64,000 bases of DNA from the NCBI GenBank assembly GCA_041557595.1, contig JBFFGE010000003.1, positions 1,656-65,655 on the forward strand, read 5' to 3'. The notes beneath the pieces are model-generated. The model had not been told where the DNA came from. It was given only the letters and a program-made list of their open reading frames with translations, and made no database searches. Each line of letters begins with the position of its first letter. Positions within the stretch are counted from its first letter, which is position 1. The stretch is from Alphaproteobacteria bacterium. GTDB taxonomy: Bacteria; Pseudomonadota; Alphaproteobacteria; UBA8366. This document shows positions 47,843-57,532 of the stretch, one piece after another. A program made the position numbers and the translations under genes.

Positions 47843-48838
47843 ATGCCTGTACGGAAGAAAGCTTCGTTGCTTGTTTTAGGACTCGGATCAACCGCAATGG
47901 TGATTATGGCCGGCGCGACTGCGGCGAACGCCGAATGGAAGCCGGCAAAGCCAATTGAGTTTGTCGTGATGGCCGGCAAGGGCGGCGGCGCCGACAAGGC
48001 CGTTCGGCTCATGCAATCCATCATCGCGAAAGAGAAATTAGGGCCGGTCGTCAATCCGGTGAACAAACCCGGCGGGACCGGCGCGGAAGCCCTCGTGTAT
48101 ATGAATCAAAAGAAGGGGGACGATCATACGATCATGTTCACCCTGAACAGCTTTTACACGACGCCGTTGAGGCAGCCGAATCTTGGGGTCGATATCGCAA
48201 CCTTCACCCCCGTTATGCGCATGGCGGAAGATACCTTCTGTTTGTGGGTCAATAAGGCCCGCAAGGATGGCCAGGAAATCAAGACCGTGCCGCAGTTCGT
48301 GAAAGCGGCCAAGGCTGCCGGCAGCAAATGGATCATGGCGGGCACGGGCAAGGCGTCCGAAGACAACCTGCTCACCGATTTCTTGAACACTGCATACGGT
48401 TTGAAGATGAAGTATGTGCCGTACAAGGGCGGTGGACGCGTCGCCAAGGAATTGGCCGGCAACAATGCGGATTCGACCGTCAACAACCCGTCCGAGCAAA
48501 TGGGCTTTTACGAGGCCGGCAAGACCCGTCCGATTGCTTGTTTCACGCCGGAGCGGATCGGTCTCTTCAAAGAGGCACCGACCTTTAAGGAACTCGGTCA
48601 GGACTTCGTCTACTACATGCAGCGGACCGTCGTGGGTGCGCCGGGCATGAGCGACGGCGCCAAGAAATACTATAAGGACCTTTTCACGAAGGTCTTCAAT
48701 TCCAAAGATTGGCAATCCTACCGAAACAAGAGAGCCCTTGTCGGCGAGGCGCTCACCGGCCCGGAGTTGGTGTCATATTGGAAGAAAGAGCGCGATATCC
48801 ATCGTGCAATGTTGAAGAAGATGGGCGCCATAAAGTAA
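47843..48838 (+). CDS. tctC: tripartite tricarboxylate transporter (TTT) substrate-binding protein, Bug/TctC family
   Basis: 331 aa with a signal peptide ending ANA-EW. Shows Bug-family patterns (PIEFVVMAGKGGGAD, YVPYKGGG). GGAGGA RBS. Confidence 0.88.
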   Translation: MPVRKKASLLVLGLGSTAMVIMAGATAANAEWKPAKPIEFVVMAGKGGGADKAVRLMQSIIAKEKLGPVVNPVNKPGGTGAEALVYMNQKKGDDHTIMFTLNSFYTTPLRQPNLGVDIATFTPVMRMAEDTFCLWVNKARKDGQEIKTVPQFVKAAKAAGSKWIMAGTGKASEDNLLTDFLNTAYGLKMKYVPYKGGGRVAKELAGNNADSTVNNPSEQMGFYEAGKTRPIACFTPERIGLFKEAPTFKELGQDFVYYMQRTVVGAPGMSDGAKKYYKDLFTKVFNSKDWQSYRNKRALVGEALTGPELVSYWKKERDIHRAMLKKMGAIK

Positions 48839-48898
48839 CGCCGGGACGATCGATTCCGGCGCGAGCCGAATTGTCCATGTGATTTGGAGGGGTGGGTC

Positions 48899-49414
48899 AT
48901 GACCGTGCGCAAAGCCGAGTTGTTCATGGCTCTGATCATGGCCTCCCTCTCCGGTTACCTCATGTGGAAGAGCGCCGAACTGCCGATCGGCTGGATTGCC
49001 GATGAAGGGCCTGGTGGCGGCGCCTGGCCTTTCTGGCTTGCCACGGTAATGTTGCTGAGTTGCGGCTGGATCCTTGTGAACTGGGTGCGGCGCACTTCCT
49101 GGCCCTCGAAATCGGAGGCGCCGTTTTTCGAATCCGGCGTATTGAAAGACGTCAGTGCCGTGGCGATCGCGCTGACGGTTACCATTGCGCTGTTCGACTA
49201 CATCGGCGCCTATCTTTCGCTGTTCTTCTTCATCGCGTTTTATGTCGGCGTTCTTGGGCGTCACCGATTGCTGACGACCGCGCTCTTCAGCGTGCTCACG
49301 CCGATCATCACCTTTTTCTTTTTCGAGATCGGGGTGAAAATTATTCTCCCGAAAGGTTTCACGGAACCGTTCTTCTTTCCGATCTTCAAGTTTTTTGGAA
49401 TGGGCGGGCTTTAG
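48899..49414 (+). CDS. tctB: TTT small membrane subunit, TctB family
   Basis: 171 aa with four TM segments. ATG lies 7 nt after GGAGGGG. Positioned between tctC and tctA. Confidence 0.8.
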   Translation: MTVRKAELFMALIMASLSGYLMWKSAELPIGWIADEGPGGGAWPFWLATVMLLSCGWILVNWVRRTSWPSKSEAPFFESGVLKDVSAVAIALTVTIALFDYIGAYLSLFFFIAFYVGVLGRHRLLTTALFSVLTPIITFFFFEIGVKIILPKGFTEPFFFPIFKFFGMGGL

Positions 49415-49520
49415 GGCGCGAAAAATCGCGCTGCCGTCCAGGAGGCATGTTCGCAAGCAAGAACAATGGTGCTCCGTCGGGCTTCGGGTGGAAACGAATA
49501 AGTAGGGACAAGAATTTTCC

Positions 49521-51074
49521 ATGGTCGAGACGCTTGGTTTCCTAATCGACGGATTTGCCGTGGCACTCCAGCCGATGAATCTCGCCCTGATTGTCTTCGG
49601 TTGCGCGGTCGGTTTGTTCATCGGTGCAATGCCCGGCCTCGGCTCCGTGAATGGCGTGGCAATACTTCTGCCTCTCACCTTTCTGGTACCGCCGACCGGC
49701 GCGATCATATTCCTGGCGGCCCTCTATTACGGCGCCATGTATGGCGGGGCGGTGTCGTCGATTATGCTGGGGATACCCGGCGCCTCCACCGCCGTTGCCA
49801 CCACGTTCGACGGCCGGCCGCTCGCGAAACAGGGATTGGCCGACAAGGCGCTGGTCGCGGCAGCCTTTGCCTCGTTCGTCGGCGGCACGATTTCCGTCGT
49901 CCTGTTTACGCTGGCCGCGCCGCCGCTGGCGCATATCGCGCTTGTCTTCGGATCGCCCGAGGAATTTGCGTTGATGATGCTGGCCTTCGCGACCTTCGTC
50001 GGCCTGGGCGGGGACGATATCGCCAAGACGCTGTTTTCGATCTGCATAGGGCTGGTGCTCGCCGCCATCGGCACGGACATCATGACCGGCGAGCCGCGGT
50101 TGATGCTGTTCGACTATCCCGGCTTCCTCAGCAAGATCAACTTTCTAATCCTCGCAATCGGTATTTACGGCATCGGCGAGATGCTGTGGACCATCGAAGA
50201 GCACCGGCGCAACGGCGGCAAGTCCATGCTGTCCGACGCCACCATCAGCCTCAAACGATCGCTCTCCCATCTGCGCGAGCTTCTCAAGACGTGGAAGACG
50301 ATGGTGATGGGATCCGTGCTCGGGTATTTCGTCGGCATTCTTCCCGCGGCCGGGGCGACCCCGGGTTCGCTGATGGCCTATGGGTTCGGGAAGCAGATTT
50401 CGAAAAATCCGGAAACCTTCGGCAAGGGCAACATCGAAGGCGTTGTCGCGCCGGAATCCGCAAACAACGCCGCATCGACCGGATCGATGCTTCCGATGCT
50501 GACGCTCGGCATTCCAGGATCACCGACGACGGCTATTCTGTTGGGCGGCATGGTCATCTGGGGGCTGGAACCGGGTCCCCGTCTCTTTACCGATCAAAAG
50601 GAATTCGTTTGGGGATTGATCGCATCGCTCTATGCGGCAAATCTGTTCGCACTGATCATCAACGTCGCCTTCATTCCCGCATTCATCGCCGTTCTGCGTT
50701 TGCCCTTTACGCTGCTTGCGCCGATCATTTTCGTGCTCTGTATCGTTGGCGGCTATGCGCCGACCCAGCGTTTGTTCGATGTCTGGCTGATGCTGATATT
50801 CGGCGTCGTCGGTTACCTCATGCGCAAGCTCGAATATCCGGTCGCACCGGCGGTCCTGGCGATCGTTCTGGGGCCTCTTGCGGAGCCGGCCCTTCGGCAA
50901 TCGCTGCTGATCAGCGGGGGCAGTTTTTCGATCTTCCTCGACATAGCCGAGCGGCCCTATGCCGCCGTGATTATGTACGTCGCGATCATCCTTCTCCTGC
51001 TGCCCCTCCTCGGACCGTTGAGACGATGGATGAAGGAACGCACTGACGAGAAGGTCACCGAGCGACGGGGTTAA
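49521..51074 (+). CDS. tctA: TTT large permease, TctA family
   Basis: 517 aa, polytopic, with TctA signatures (GAMPGLG, GIPGS repeated). Confidence 0.9.
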   Translation: MVETLGFLIDGFAVALQPMNLALIVFGCAVGLFIGAMPGLGSVNGVAILLPLTFLVPPTGAIIFLAALYYGAMYGGAVSSIMLGIPGASTAVATTFDGRPLAKQGLADKALVAAAFASFVGGTISVVLFTLAAPPLAHIALVFGSPEEFALMMLAFATFVGLGGDDIAKTLFSICIGLVLAAIGTDIMTGEPRLMLFDYPGFLSKINFLILAIGIYGIGEMLWTIEEHRRNGGKSMLSDATISLKRSLSHLRELLKTWKTMVMGSVLGYFVGILPAAGATPGSLMAYGFGKQISKNPETFGKGNIEGVVAPESANNAASTGSMLPMLTLGIPGSPTTAILLGGMVIWGLEPGPRLFTDQKEFVWGLIASLYAANLFALIINVAFIPAFIAVLRLPFTLLAPIIFVLCIVGGYAPTQRLFDVWLMLIFGVVGYLMRKLEYPVAPAVLAIVLGPLAEPALRQSLLISGGSFSIFLDIAERPYAAVIMYVAIILLLLPLLGPLRRWMKERTDEKVTERRG

Positions 51075-51127
51075 GCACATGGACGCCCTCTGTGGAAGGC
51101 GGCCGCAGTGTATGCAGGACCCCACAG

Positions 51128-51143
51128 TTGGTCTATTGTATGC
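51128..51143. promoter_or_regulatory. operator-like motif TTGGTCTATTGTATGC upstream of the first GntR gene
   Basis: Reverse complement GCATACAATAGACCAA has one deviation from GCATAC-N4-TACCAA. An extra GTATGC lies at 51110-51115. The site is 76-91 nt before ATG 51219. Confidence 0.45.
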
Positions 51144-51218
51144 CAAGTTAATGTCCATTCGAGGCGCCGACCGCGCGGCGCGCCGGCGGGTTCTTTCGAC
51201 AATTTGGAACGACGATTG

Positions 51219-51905
51219 ATGGCTATCGCTGAATTAAACATCGCACCGATCAAGGAAACGCCCAGCTTGAAAGCGCGCGCCTACCGGGCGATCAAATCCG
51301 CGATTCTGGAGATGAACATCTATGCCGACGAGACGGATCTGCGGCTGGACGAGCGCGGATTGTCGCAGCGGCTTGGAATCAGCAGAACGCCCATTCGCGA
51401 AGCCATATCCCAACTCGATCAGGAAGGGTTTGTCAGGATCGTGCCGCGGAAGGGCATCTACATCATCCGCAAGACCAAGGCGGAAATCCACGACATGATC
51501 ACCGTGTGGGCCGCCCTCGAGAGCATGGCGGCGCGGTTGATTTCCAAGGGCGCCGACGACGGAGACATCAAAAGACTGAGAGCGCTCGTCGATCAATTCT
51601 CGCAGGATGAAGTCGCCGCCAAGACCGGCGAATATTCGGATGCGAATATCGAATTTCACCAAGCGATCATTCGCATGAGCGGCTGTCCGCTGATCAGCGA
51701 GATTACCGACGGTCTGTTCTTTCACGTCCGCGCCATTCGTCATCGCTCGATTTTCAAACTGGACCGCGCGCGCAGATCGATCGTCGACCACAAGGAAATC
51801 GTTGCCGCGATCGAAGCGCGCGATACCGAGCGGGCCGAGCGGCTCGTTCGGGACCACACAATGAAGTTGCGCGATCACGTCGAGCAATATGTCGAACTCG
51901 ACTGA
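51219..51905 (+). CDS. GntR-family transcriptional regulator, FadR/FCD subfamily (paralogue 1)
   Basis: 228 aa from MAIAELN. Winged HTH (LSQRLGISRTPIREAISQLDQEGFV) plus an FCD-type helical domain. Confidence 0.88.
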   Translation: MAIAELNIAPIKETPSLKARAYRAIKSAILEMNIYADETDLRLDERGLSQRLGISRTPIREAISQLDQEGFVRIVPRKGIYIIRKTKAEIHDMITVWAALESMAARLISKGADDGDIKRLRALVDQFSQDEVAAKTGEYSDANIEFHQAIIRMSGCPLISEITDGLFFHVRAIRHRSIFKLDRARRSIVDHKEIVAAIEARDTERAERLVRDHTMKLRDHVEQYVELD

Positions 51906-52000
51906 CGCGGGACCGCCGGCATTCGGTTGCCTGCGCAAGTCGACGGCAAGTCGATGGTAAGGTGACGGTATTCAACGAACCGCCGTAGCACCGGTTCGCG

Positions 52001-53851
52001 ATGACGGTTCGAACCGATGCGTCTCGAATGACCGAGGTTGGGGACCAGCTTTTGCCAGCAACGCAGGGCGAAATTTTCGGACCGTGGAACCCGGGTATCA
52101 GGTCGGTGCTGCCGCGGGACGTGCTCCCGCTTTCGACGATGTTCCGGCCGGAAAATGTCGAGACGAGTCTGGATCAAGCACAGGACTTGAGCGATTTTTG
52201 CGGGTTGCCTGCGGTTCAACTCGTGGCATTCCGCGCCGAAAGGCTTGTCATTCATGAACTGCTGATTCGCGTCACGGCCGATCTCGAGGTACGGGACGGG
52301 TCCACCTATGAAGATCTCGGCATAAATTTTCGCAGGATTGCGAATACGATTTTGACGGAACTCCTGGCGCCGAAGGCAACCGGTTTCGTCGAGCTGCTTG
52401 ATGAAGTCCGACGCAATGCGAGGGATTTAATAACCGCCGAACTGTCCCAAAACCTGTTTGGCGAGAAACCGCGCGACGCGGTCGCGGAGCGGCGCCCACT
52501 TCTTCTGCGCCTAGCCGGATGGCGTCGAGGCACGGCGGACGGCAAAACGAACCGAGAAAGCACGGAAGAACGCGAGACGAGGGCGATCGCGGCATGGCAA
52601 TCCATGGCGAAGACCGCTGGAAGTCCGCTCGAAAAATCCTGTTATGGCGCACTGGCAAGAATGGCGAACGCGGTCATGGCGCGCCGGGGCCGACTCGCGG
52701 GCGGCGCGGCACTCATCGCCGATATCGCCGTCGCGCGGGTGAACAACGAATACGGCAGCGATGTCATCGGCGCGGCGATCGATCCGCTCTTCCGCGAAGC
52801 GGCCAGGCAAAACGGCTACCGCTTCCTGCCGTGCCAGGCGCGCCCGGTGGTGATGAACGTGAAGGGCGCGTCGGCGGCCGGCAAAAGTACGATAAGACCG
52901 TATCAACATGCGCTCGCCGATCGGATCGGGATTCCCTGGACGGACTTTGCTCTGATAAGCCCCGATATCTGGCGCAAACTGCTGTTGGACTATCAATCCT
53001 TGGGGGCAGCCTATAAGTACGCCGGAATGCTGACCGGCCATGAATTGGAGGTCATCGACAAGAAACTCGACAAATACATGGCGGGAAAGGCCTCCGGCGG
53101 CGCGATGACCCACCTCTCGATCGACCGTTTTCGCTTTGACAGTTTTCTCCCCGAATCCCAGGTAGACGCGGCGAGCAAACTCCTCACCCGTTTCGGCGAT
53201 CTCGTTTACATGTTCTTCATGATCACGCCGCCCGAAGCGACGGTCGAGCGCGCCTGGTTGCGCGGACAGAAGTTCGGCCGATACAAGGCGGTCGACGATC
53301 TACTCGACCACAATATCGAGGCGTATACCGGCATGCCGGAATTGTTCTTCACATGGGCGCTGCGGACGCAGCGGCGCGTGCATTATGAGTTCCTGGACAA
53401 CAGCGTCCCGAAAGATCATTTGCCGCGCACCGTTGCGTTTGGATGGAACGGCGAAATGAACATCCTCGACGTCAATTCGATGCTCGATATCGACCGCTTC
53501 AAGAAAATCGACGTGAATGCGAAATCGCCGGAAGACGTCTATGTCGCGTCGGCGCAGGCGCCGGAGAACAATGTCGACTTCATAAAGCAATGCGCCCGGA
53601 TGATCCCGGCGCTGAACTTCGCGGATATCGAGACCGGATGTCTCTACGCGCGTATGGAACACGGCCGTTGGACGTGGCAGGACCGAGAGGTCTTTGCCGA
53701 GAAGTTAAGAGACCCGGAAGCCGGCGCCGGCCTGCGGGCGATCGGCACGGGACCCGCGCCGACCGCATTACCCGGTAACGAACCGCGCCGGTTACTGCGC
53801 GAAGATGCGCATACAATTGGCGCATGGGCCGACGGCGGAAAGCCCGTTTGA
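52001..53851 (+). CDS. uncharacterised 616-aa P-loop NTPase/kinase-like protein
   Basis: Long uninterrupted ORF with coding-like third-position GC. Walker A KGASAAGKST is encoded at 52865-52891, followed by LISPDIWRKLL and a candidate Walker B LSIDRF. No TM or signal. Flanking domains of roughly 280 aa (N) and 200 aa (C) are unrecognised. Confidence 0.7.
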   Translation: MTVRTDASRMTEVGDQLLPATQGEIFGPWNPGIRSVLPRDVLPLSTMFRPENVETSLDQAQDLSDFCGLPAVQLVAFRAERLVIHELLIRVTADLEVRDGSTYEDLGINFRRIANTILTELLAPKATGFVELLDEVRRNARDLITAELSQNLFGEKPRDAVAERRPLLLRLAGWRRGTADGKTNRESTEERETRAIAAWQSMAKTAGSPLEKSCYGALARMANAVMARRGRLAGGAALIADIAVARVNNEYGSDVIGAAIDPLFREAARQNGYRFLPCQARPVVMNVKGASAAGKSTIRPYQHALADRIGIPWTDFALISPDIWRKLLLDYQSLGAAYKYAGMLTGHELEVIDKKLDKYMAGKASGGAMTHLSIDRFRFDSFLPESQVDAASKLLTRFGDLVYMFFMITPPEATVERAWLRGQKFGRYKAVDDLLDHNIEAYTGMPELFFTWALRTQRRVHYEFLDNSVPKDHLPRTVAFGWNGEMNILDVNSMLDIDRFKKIDVNAKSPEDVYVASAQAPENNVDFIKQCARMIPALNFADIETGCLYARMEHGRWTWQDREVFAEKLRDPEAGAGLRAIGTGPAPTALPGNEPRRLLREDAHTIGAWADGGKPV

Positions 53852-53891
53852 CGGACCGTCTTGCCGATGCCGCTCGGCCGCGCGAGTGCGC

Positions 53892-56027
53892 CTACAGCAG
53901 GCCTGCGCCGCGCGCCCATCGGTACTTCGCACCCAGCACGTTGACCGGGAGCTCGGTCGTATAGGGGTAGGCGACAATGCCGCGCTCGTAGAGGTACTCC
54001 GACGCTTCCTCGACCTCGACATCGCCGACGAGCGACGCGACGACGGGTTTATCGATGCCCTTCTCGCGCGCATCCTCGACGACTTTGGCGGTCAGCTTCG
54101 CGAACACCATCGGCGGCGTCACGATCGTATGCCAGTATCCCAGGATCAGCGCATGGATCCGTTCGTCCTGCAATCCCAGTTTGATCGTGTTCGCATAAGT
54201 CTGCGGCGGCTCGCCGCCGGTGATGTCGACCGGGTTGCCGGCCGCGCCGAAGGGCGGAATGAATTTTCGGAATGCGGCGTCCAGATCTTTCGGCATGCGC
54301 ATCAATTTCAGGCCGTTATCGACACAGGAATCCGAGAGCAGGACACCCGAGCCGCCGGCGCCGGTGATGATCACCACGTTCTCGCCCTTCGGGGTGGGCA
54401 ATTTCGGAATCCCGCGGGCGAATTGCAGCATATCGTTCAAGGTTCGCGCGCGAATGACGCCCGATTGCTTGAGCACGTCTTCGTATATCTTGTCGTTGCC
54501 GGCCAACGCGCCGGTGTGCGACGCGGCGGCCCGCGCGCCCATCGACGTGCGGCCCGCCTTGAGGACGATGATCGGCTTGGACTTCGAGACGCGCTTCGCG
54601 ACCTCGGCGAAGGAACGACCGTCCTTTAGATCCTCGAGATGCATCGCCATGACTTCGGTATTCTTATCCTGCTCGAAATAGACGAGCAGGTCGTCTTCAT
54701 CCAGGTCGGATTTGTTGCCGAGACCGACAATGGCCGAGACCCCCATCTTGGTCGAGCGGCTGAAGCCGATGATCGACATGCCGACGCCGCCGCTCTGCGA
54801 CGACAGCGCGACCTTTCCCTTGACGTCGTATGGCGTACAGAACGTGGCGCACAGGTTCTGCGGGGTGTAGTAGAAGCCATAGATGTTGGGGCCCATGACG
54901 CGGACGTTGTATTTTCGGGCGACCGCGAGCATTTCGTCCTGCAGCGCCACTTCGCCGGTCTCCGCGAAGCCCGACGGGATCATGACCGCGCCGGGTATTT
55001 TCTTCTCGCCGACTTCCTTCAATGCGCCGGTCACGAAGGGCGCGGGAATGGCGAAGACGGCGACGTCGACCTTGCCGGCGATGTCCTTGACGCTCTTGTA
55101 GCATTTGTAGCCGAGGACCTTGTCCGCCTTCGGATTGATCGGATAGATGTTGCCCTTGTAACCGCCATTGATCAGGTTCTTCATCACCGAATTGCCGATC
55201 TTGCCGTCTTCCGCGGATGCGCCGATCACGGCGACGGCTTTCGGATTCATGATCCGTTTCATCGCCGTCAGAATGTCTTCCTGCGACGGCCGGAACGGCG
55301 CTTGCTGCGGTTTCAGGTCGATCAGGATGCGCACATCGACGGCGGTCGCGCCTTTCTTGCGGACGAAGACCGGGTTGAGGTCGAGTTCGCCGATTTCCGG
55401 AAAATCGGATACCAGCTTCGAGACGTTCTTGATCAGCGTCGCCAGCGCCTTGCGGTCGACCGGATCGGCACCGCGGACGCCCTTGAGCATTTCGGCGCCC
55501 TCGATGCCGTCGAGCATGGACAGCGCATCGCGCTGGGTCGCAGGTGCGAGTCGGAAGGTAATGTCTTTCATCACTTCCACGAGGATACCGCCGAGACCGA
55601 AAGCGACCAGCTTGCCGAAACTGGGATCGGTCACCGCGCCGATAAGAACTTCCTGCGCGCCGTCCGGCGACAACATTTTCTGGACCTGCACGCCGTCGAT
55701 GCGCGCCTTCTTGTCGTATTTGCGCCCGTTGGCGACGATTGTCGCGAAGGCTTTCCTGGCCTCGCCGACGCTGGAGACGCCGACCACGACGCCGCCCGCA
55801 TCGGTCTTGTGAAGGATGTCTTCCGAGACGATTTTCATCACGACCGGGAAGCCGATCCGCTTGGCGAGGGCGGCCGCCTTGTCGGCGGTCGCGGCGATGC
55901 CGTCGCGCGGCAGAGGAATTTCGTAGGCCGAACAAATCTTCTTGCATTCGGCGGCCGACAGCGCGGACCGGCCCGCTTTCAGTGCCTTATCGAGGACGGT
56001 GCGAACCGCCTTTTTGTTGAAAGCCAT
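53892..56027 (-). CDS. ADP-forming acyl-CoA synthetase (NDP-forming, acetate--CoA ligase family), domain order ATP-grasp then CoA-binding/ligase-CoA
   Basis: 711 aa from MAFNKK. The N-terminal ATP-grasp subdomain (GFPVVMKIVSEDILHKTDAGGV) comes first. It is followed by a CoA-binding Rossmann domain (VAVIGAS...GNIYPINP) and the phosphohistidine loop AASHTGALAG. Confidence 0.85.
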   Translation of the reverse strand: MAFNKKAVRTVLDKALKAGRSALSAAECKKICSAYEIPLPRDGIAATADKAAALAKRIGFPVVMKIVSEDILHKTDAGGVVVGVSSVGEARKAFATIVANGRKYDKKARIDGVQVQKMLSPDGAQEVLIGAVTDPSFGKLVAFGLGGILVEVMKDITFRLAPATQRDALSMLDGIEGAEMLKGVRGADPVDRKALATLIKNVSKLVSDFPEIGELDLNPVFVRKKGATAVDVRILIDLKPQQAPFRPSQEDILTAMKRIMNPKAVAVIGASAEDGKIGNSVMKNLINGGYKGNIYPINPKADKVLGYKCYKSVKDIAGKVDVAVFAIPAPFVTGALKEVGEKKIPGAVMIPSGFAETGEVALQDEMLAVARKYNVRVMGPNIYGFYYTPQNLCATFCTPYDVKGKVALSSQSGGVGMSIIGFSRSTKMGVSAIVGLGNKSDLDEDDLLVYFEQDKNTEVMAMHLEDLKDGRSFAEVAKRVSKSKPIIVLKAGRTSMGARAAASHTGALAGNDKIYEDVLKQSGVIRARTLNDMLQFARGIPKLPTPKGENVVIITGAGGSGVLLSDSCVDNGLKLMRMPKDLDAAFRKFIPPFGAAGNPVDITGGEPPQTYANTIKLGLQDERIHALILGYWHTIVTPPMVFAKLTAKVVEDAREKGIDKPVVASLVGDVEVEEASEYLYERGIVAYPYTTELPVNVLGAKYRWARGAGLL

Positions 56028-56201
56028 GTGCCTTCTCCCTGAGGTGAATTTATTTTTAGAAAAAATTGCCGCGCGTCCGGCGCACCTCATTTCTTGGTGC
56101 GTCGGAGAGGCCGGGCATTCGTTCGTGTGAACTCGCGATGATCTTATTTCGGGCGCTAGACGACGCCTGTAACAAAGAGACCGGTCTTGAAACAATTCTC
56201 G

Positions 56202-57464
56202 TTATGCAATTTCGCCCACGGCACCCGATTTGACGACGTCTTCGAATTCCTCACCCGAATACCCGAGAACTTCCTTCAAGATTTCGACCGTGTGTTCGCC
56301 GAGCAGCGGCGACCGCTTGACGTCCGCCGGACTGTCGGAAAGCTTTACCGGGCAACCGACCGTAAGATAGGGTCCGCGCTCCGGATGATCGACTTCCACG
56401 ATCGTGCCGGTTTTGCGCAGCGACGGCTCCTCGGCCAGTTCCTTCATTGAAAGGATCGGGCCGCACGGAATATCGAGCGGATTGCAGGCATCCATCACCT
56501 CGAATTTGGTCTTGGTCTTGGTCCATTCCTCGATGCGGTCGAAAATTTGTGGAATCTTGTCGAGGCGGGCATCGGGTTTCGCAAATCCCGGATCGTCCTT
56601 CCAGTCGGGCTGTCCGATCAGGTCGCAGATATTACCCCAGACCGCGGCCTGGGTGATGAAGTAGACATAGGCATTCGGATCGGATTCCCAGCCCTTGCAT
56701 TTGAGGATCCAGCCCGGCTGACCGCCGCCCGAATCGTTGCCCGCACGCGGCGTTGCGTCGCCGAACGGGATGCCCTGGCCGTGCTGGCTGTATTCCGTCA
56801 GCGGCCCGCGTTCGAGACGCTGCTGGTCGCGCAGTTTGACGCGGCATAAATTCAGGACGCCGTCCTGCATGGATGCGAGAACTTTCTGTCCGCGCCCGGT
56901 TTGTTCGCGTTGAAACAGTGCGGTGACGATCCCCAGCGCAAGATGGAGCCCCGTGCCGCTGTCGCCGATTTGGGCGCCGGTGACCGTCGGCGGACCGTCG
57001 AGGAAACCGGTGGTCGACGCGGAGCCGCCCGTACACTGGGCCACATTCTCATAGACCTTGCAGTCTTCATACGGGCCGGGGCCGAATCCCTTGATCGACG
57101 CCAGGATCATGCGCGGGTTCAACTCCTGAACCCGCTCCCAACCGAACCCCATGCGATCCAATGCGCCGGGCGCGAAGTTTTCGACCATGACATCGCAGGT
57201 CTTGATCAACCTTTCGAGGACCGCCTTGCCTGTCTCGTTCTTGGTGTTGAGCTCGATGGAGCGCTTGTTGTGATTCAGCATGGTGAAGTAGAGCGAATCC
57301 GCCCCCGGCACATCGACGAGCTGCTTGCGCGTAGCATCGCCGACGCCGGGCCGTTCGACCTTGATCACGTCCGCGCCGAACCAGGCAAGAAGTTGCGTGC
57401 ATGTCGGGCCGGATTGCACATGGGTGAAATCGAGAATTTTTATGCCTTCAAGCGCCTTACCCAT
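56202..57464 (-). CDS. frc: formyl-CoA:oxalate CoA-transferase (family III CoA-transferase)
   Basis: 420 aa from [37 protein letters not shown]. Adjacent to oxc. Confidence 0.9.
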   Translation of the reverse strand: MGKALEGIKILDFTHVQSGPTCTQLLAWFGADVIKVERPGVGDATRKQLVDVPGADSLYFTMLNHNKRSIELNTKNETGKAVLERLIKTCDVMVENFAPGALDRMGFGWERVQELNPRMILASIKGFGPGPYEDCKVYENVAQCTGGSASTTGFLDGPPTVTGAQIGDSGTGLHLALGIVTALFQREQTGRGQKVLASMQDGVLNLCRVKLRDQQRLERGPLTEYSQHGQGIPFGDATPRAGNDSGGGQPGWILKCKGWESDPNAYVYFITQAAVWGNICDLIGQPDWKDDPGFAKPDARLDKIPQIFDRIEEWTKTKTKFEVMDACNPLDIPCGPILSMKELAEEPSLRKTGTIVEVDHPERGPYLTVGCPVKLSDSPADVKRSPLLGEHTVEILKEVLGYSGEEFEDVVKSGAVGEIA

Positions 57465-57532
57465 CGGGGTCTCCTTATTGCGTATGCGGACAGGGCGGCG
57501 CAACGCCGCCGCCCTGTCTCATCTGTCGCGCG

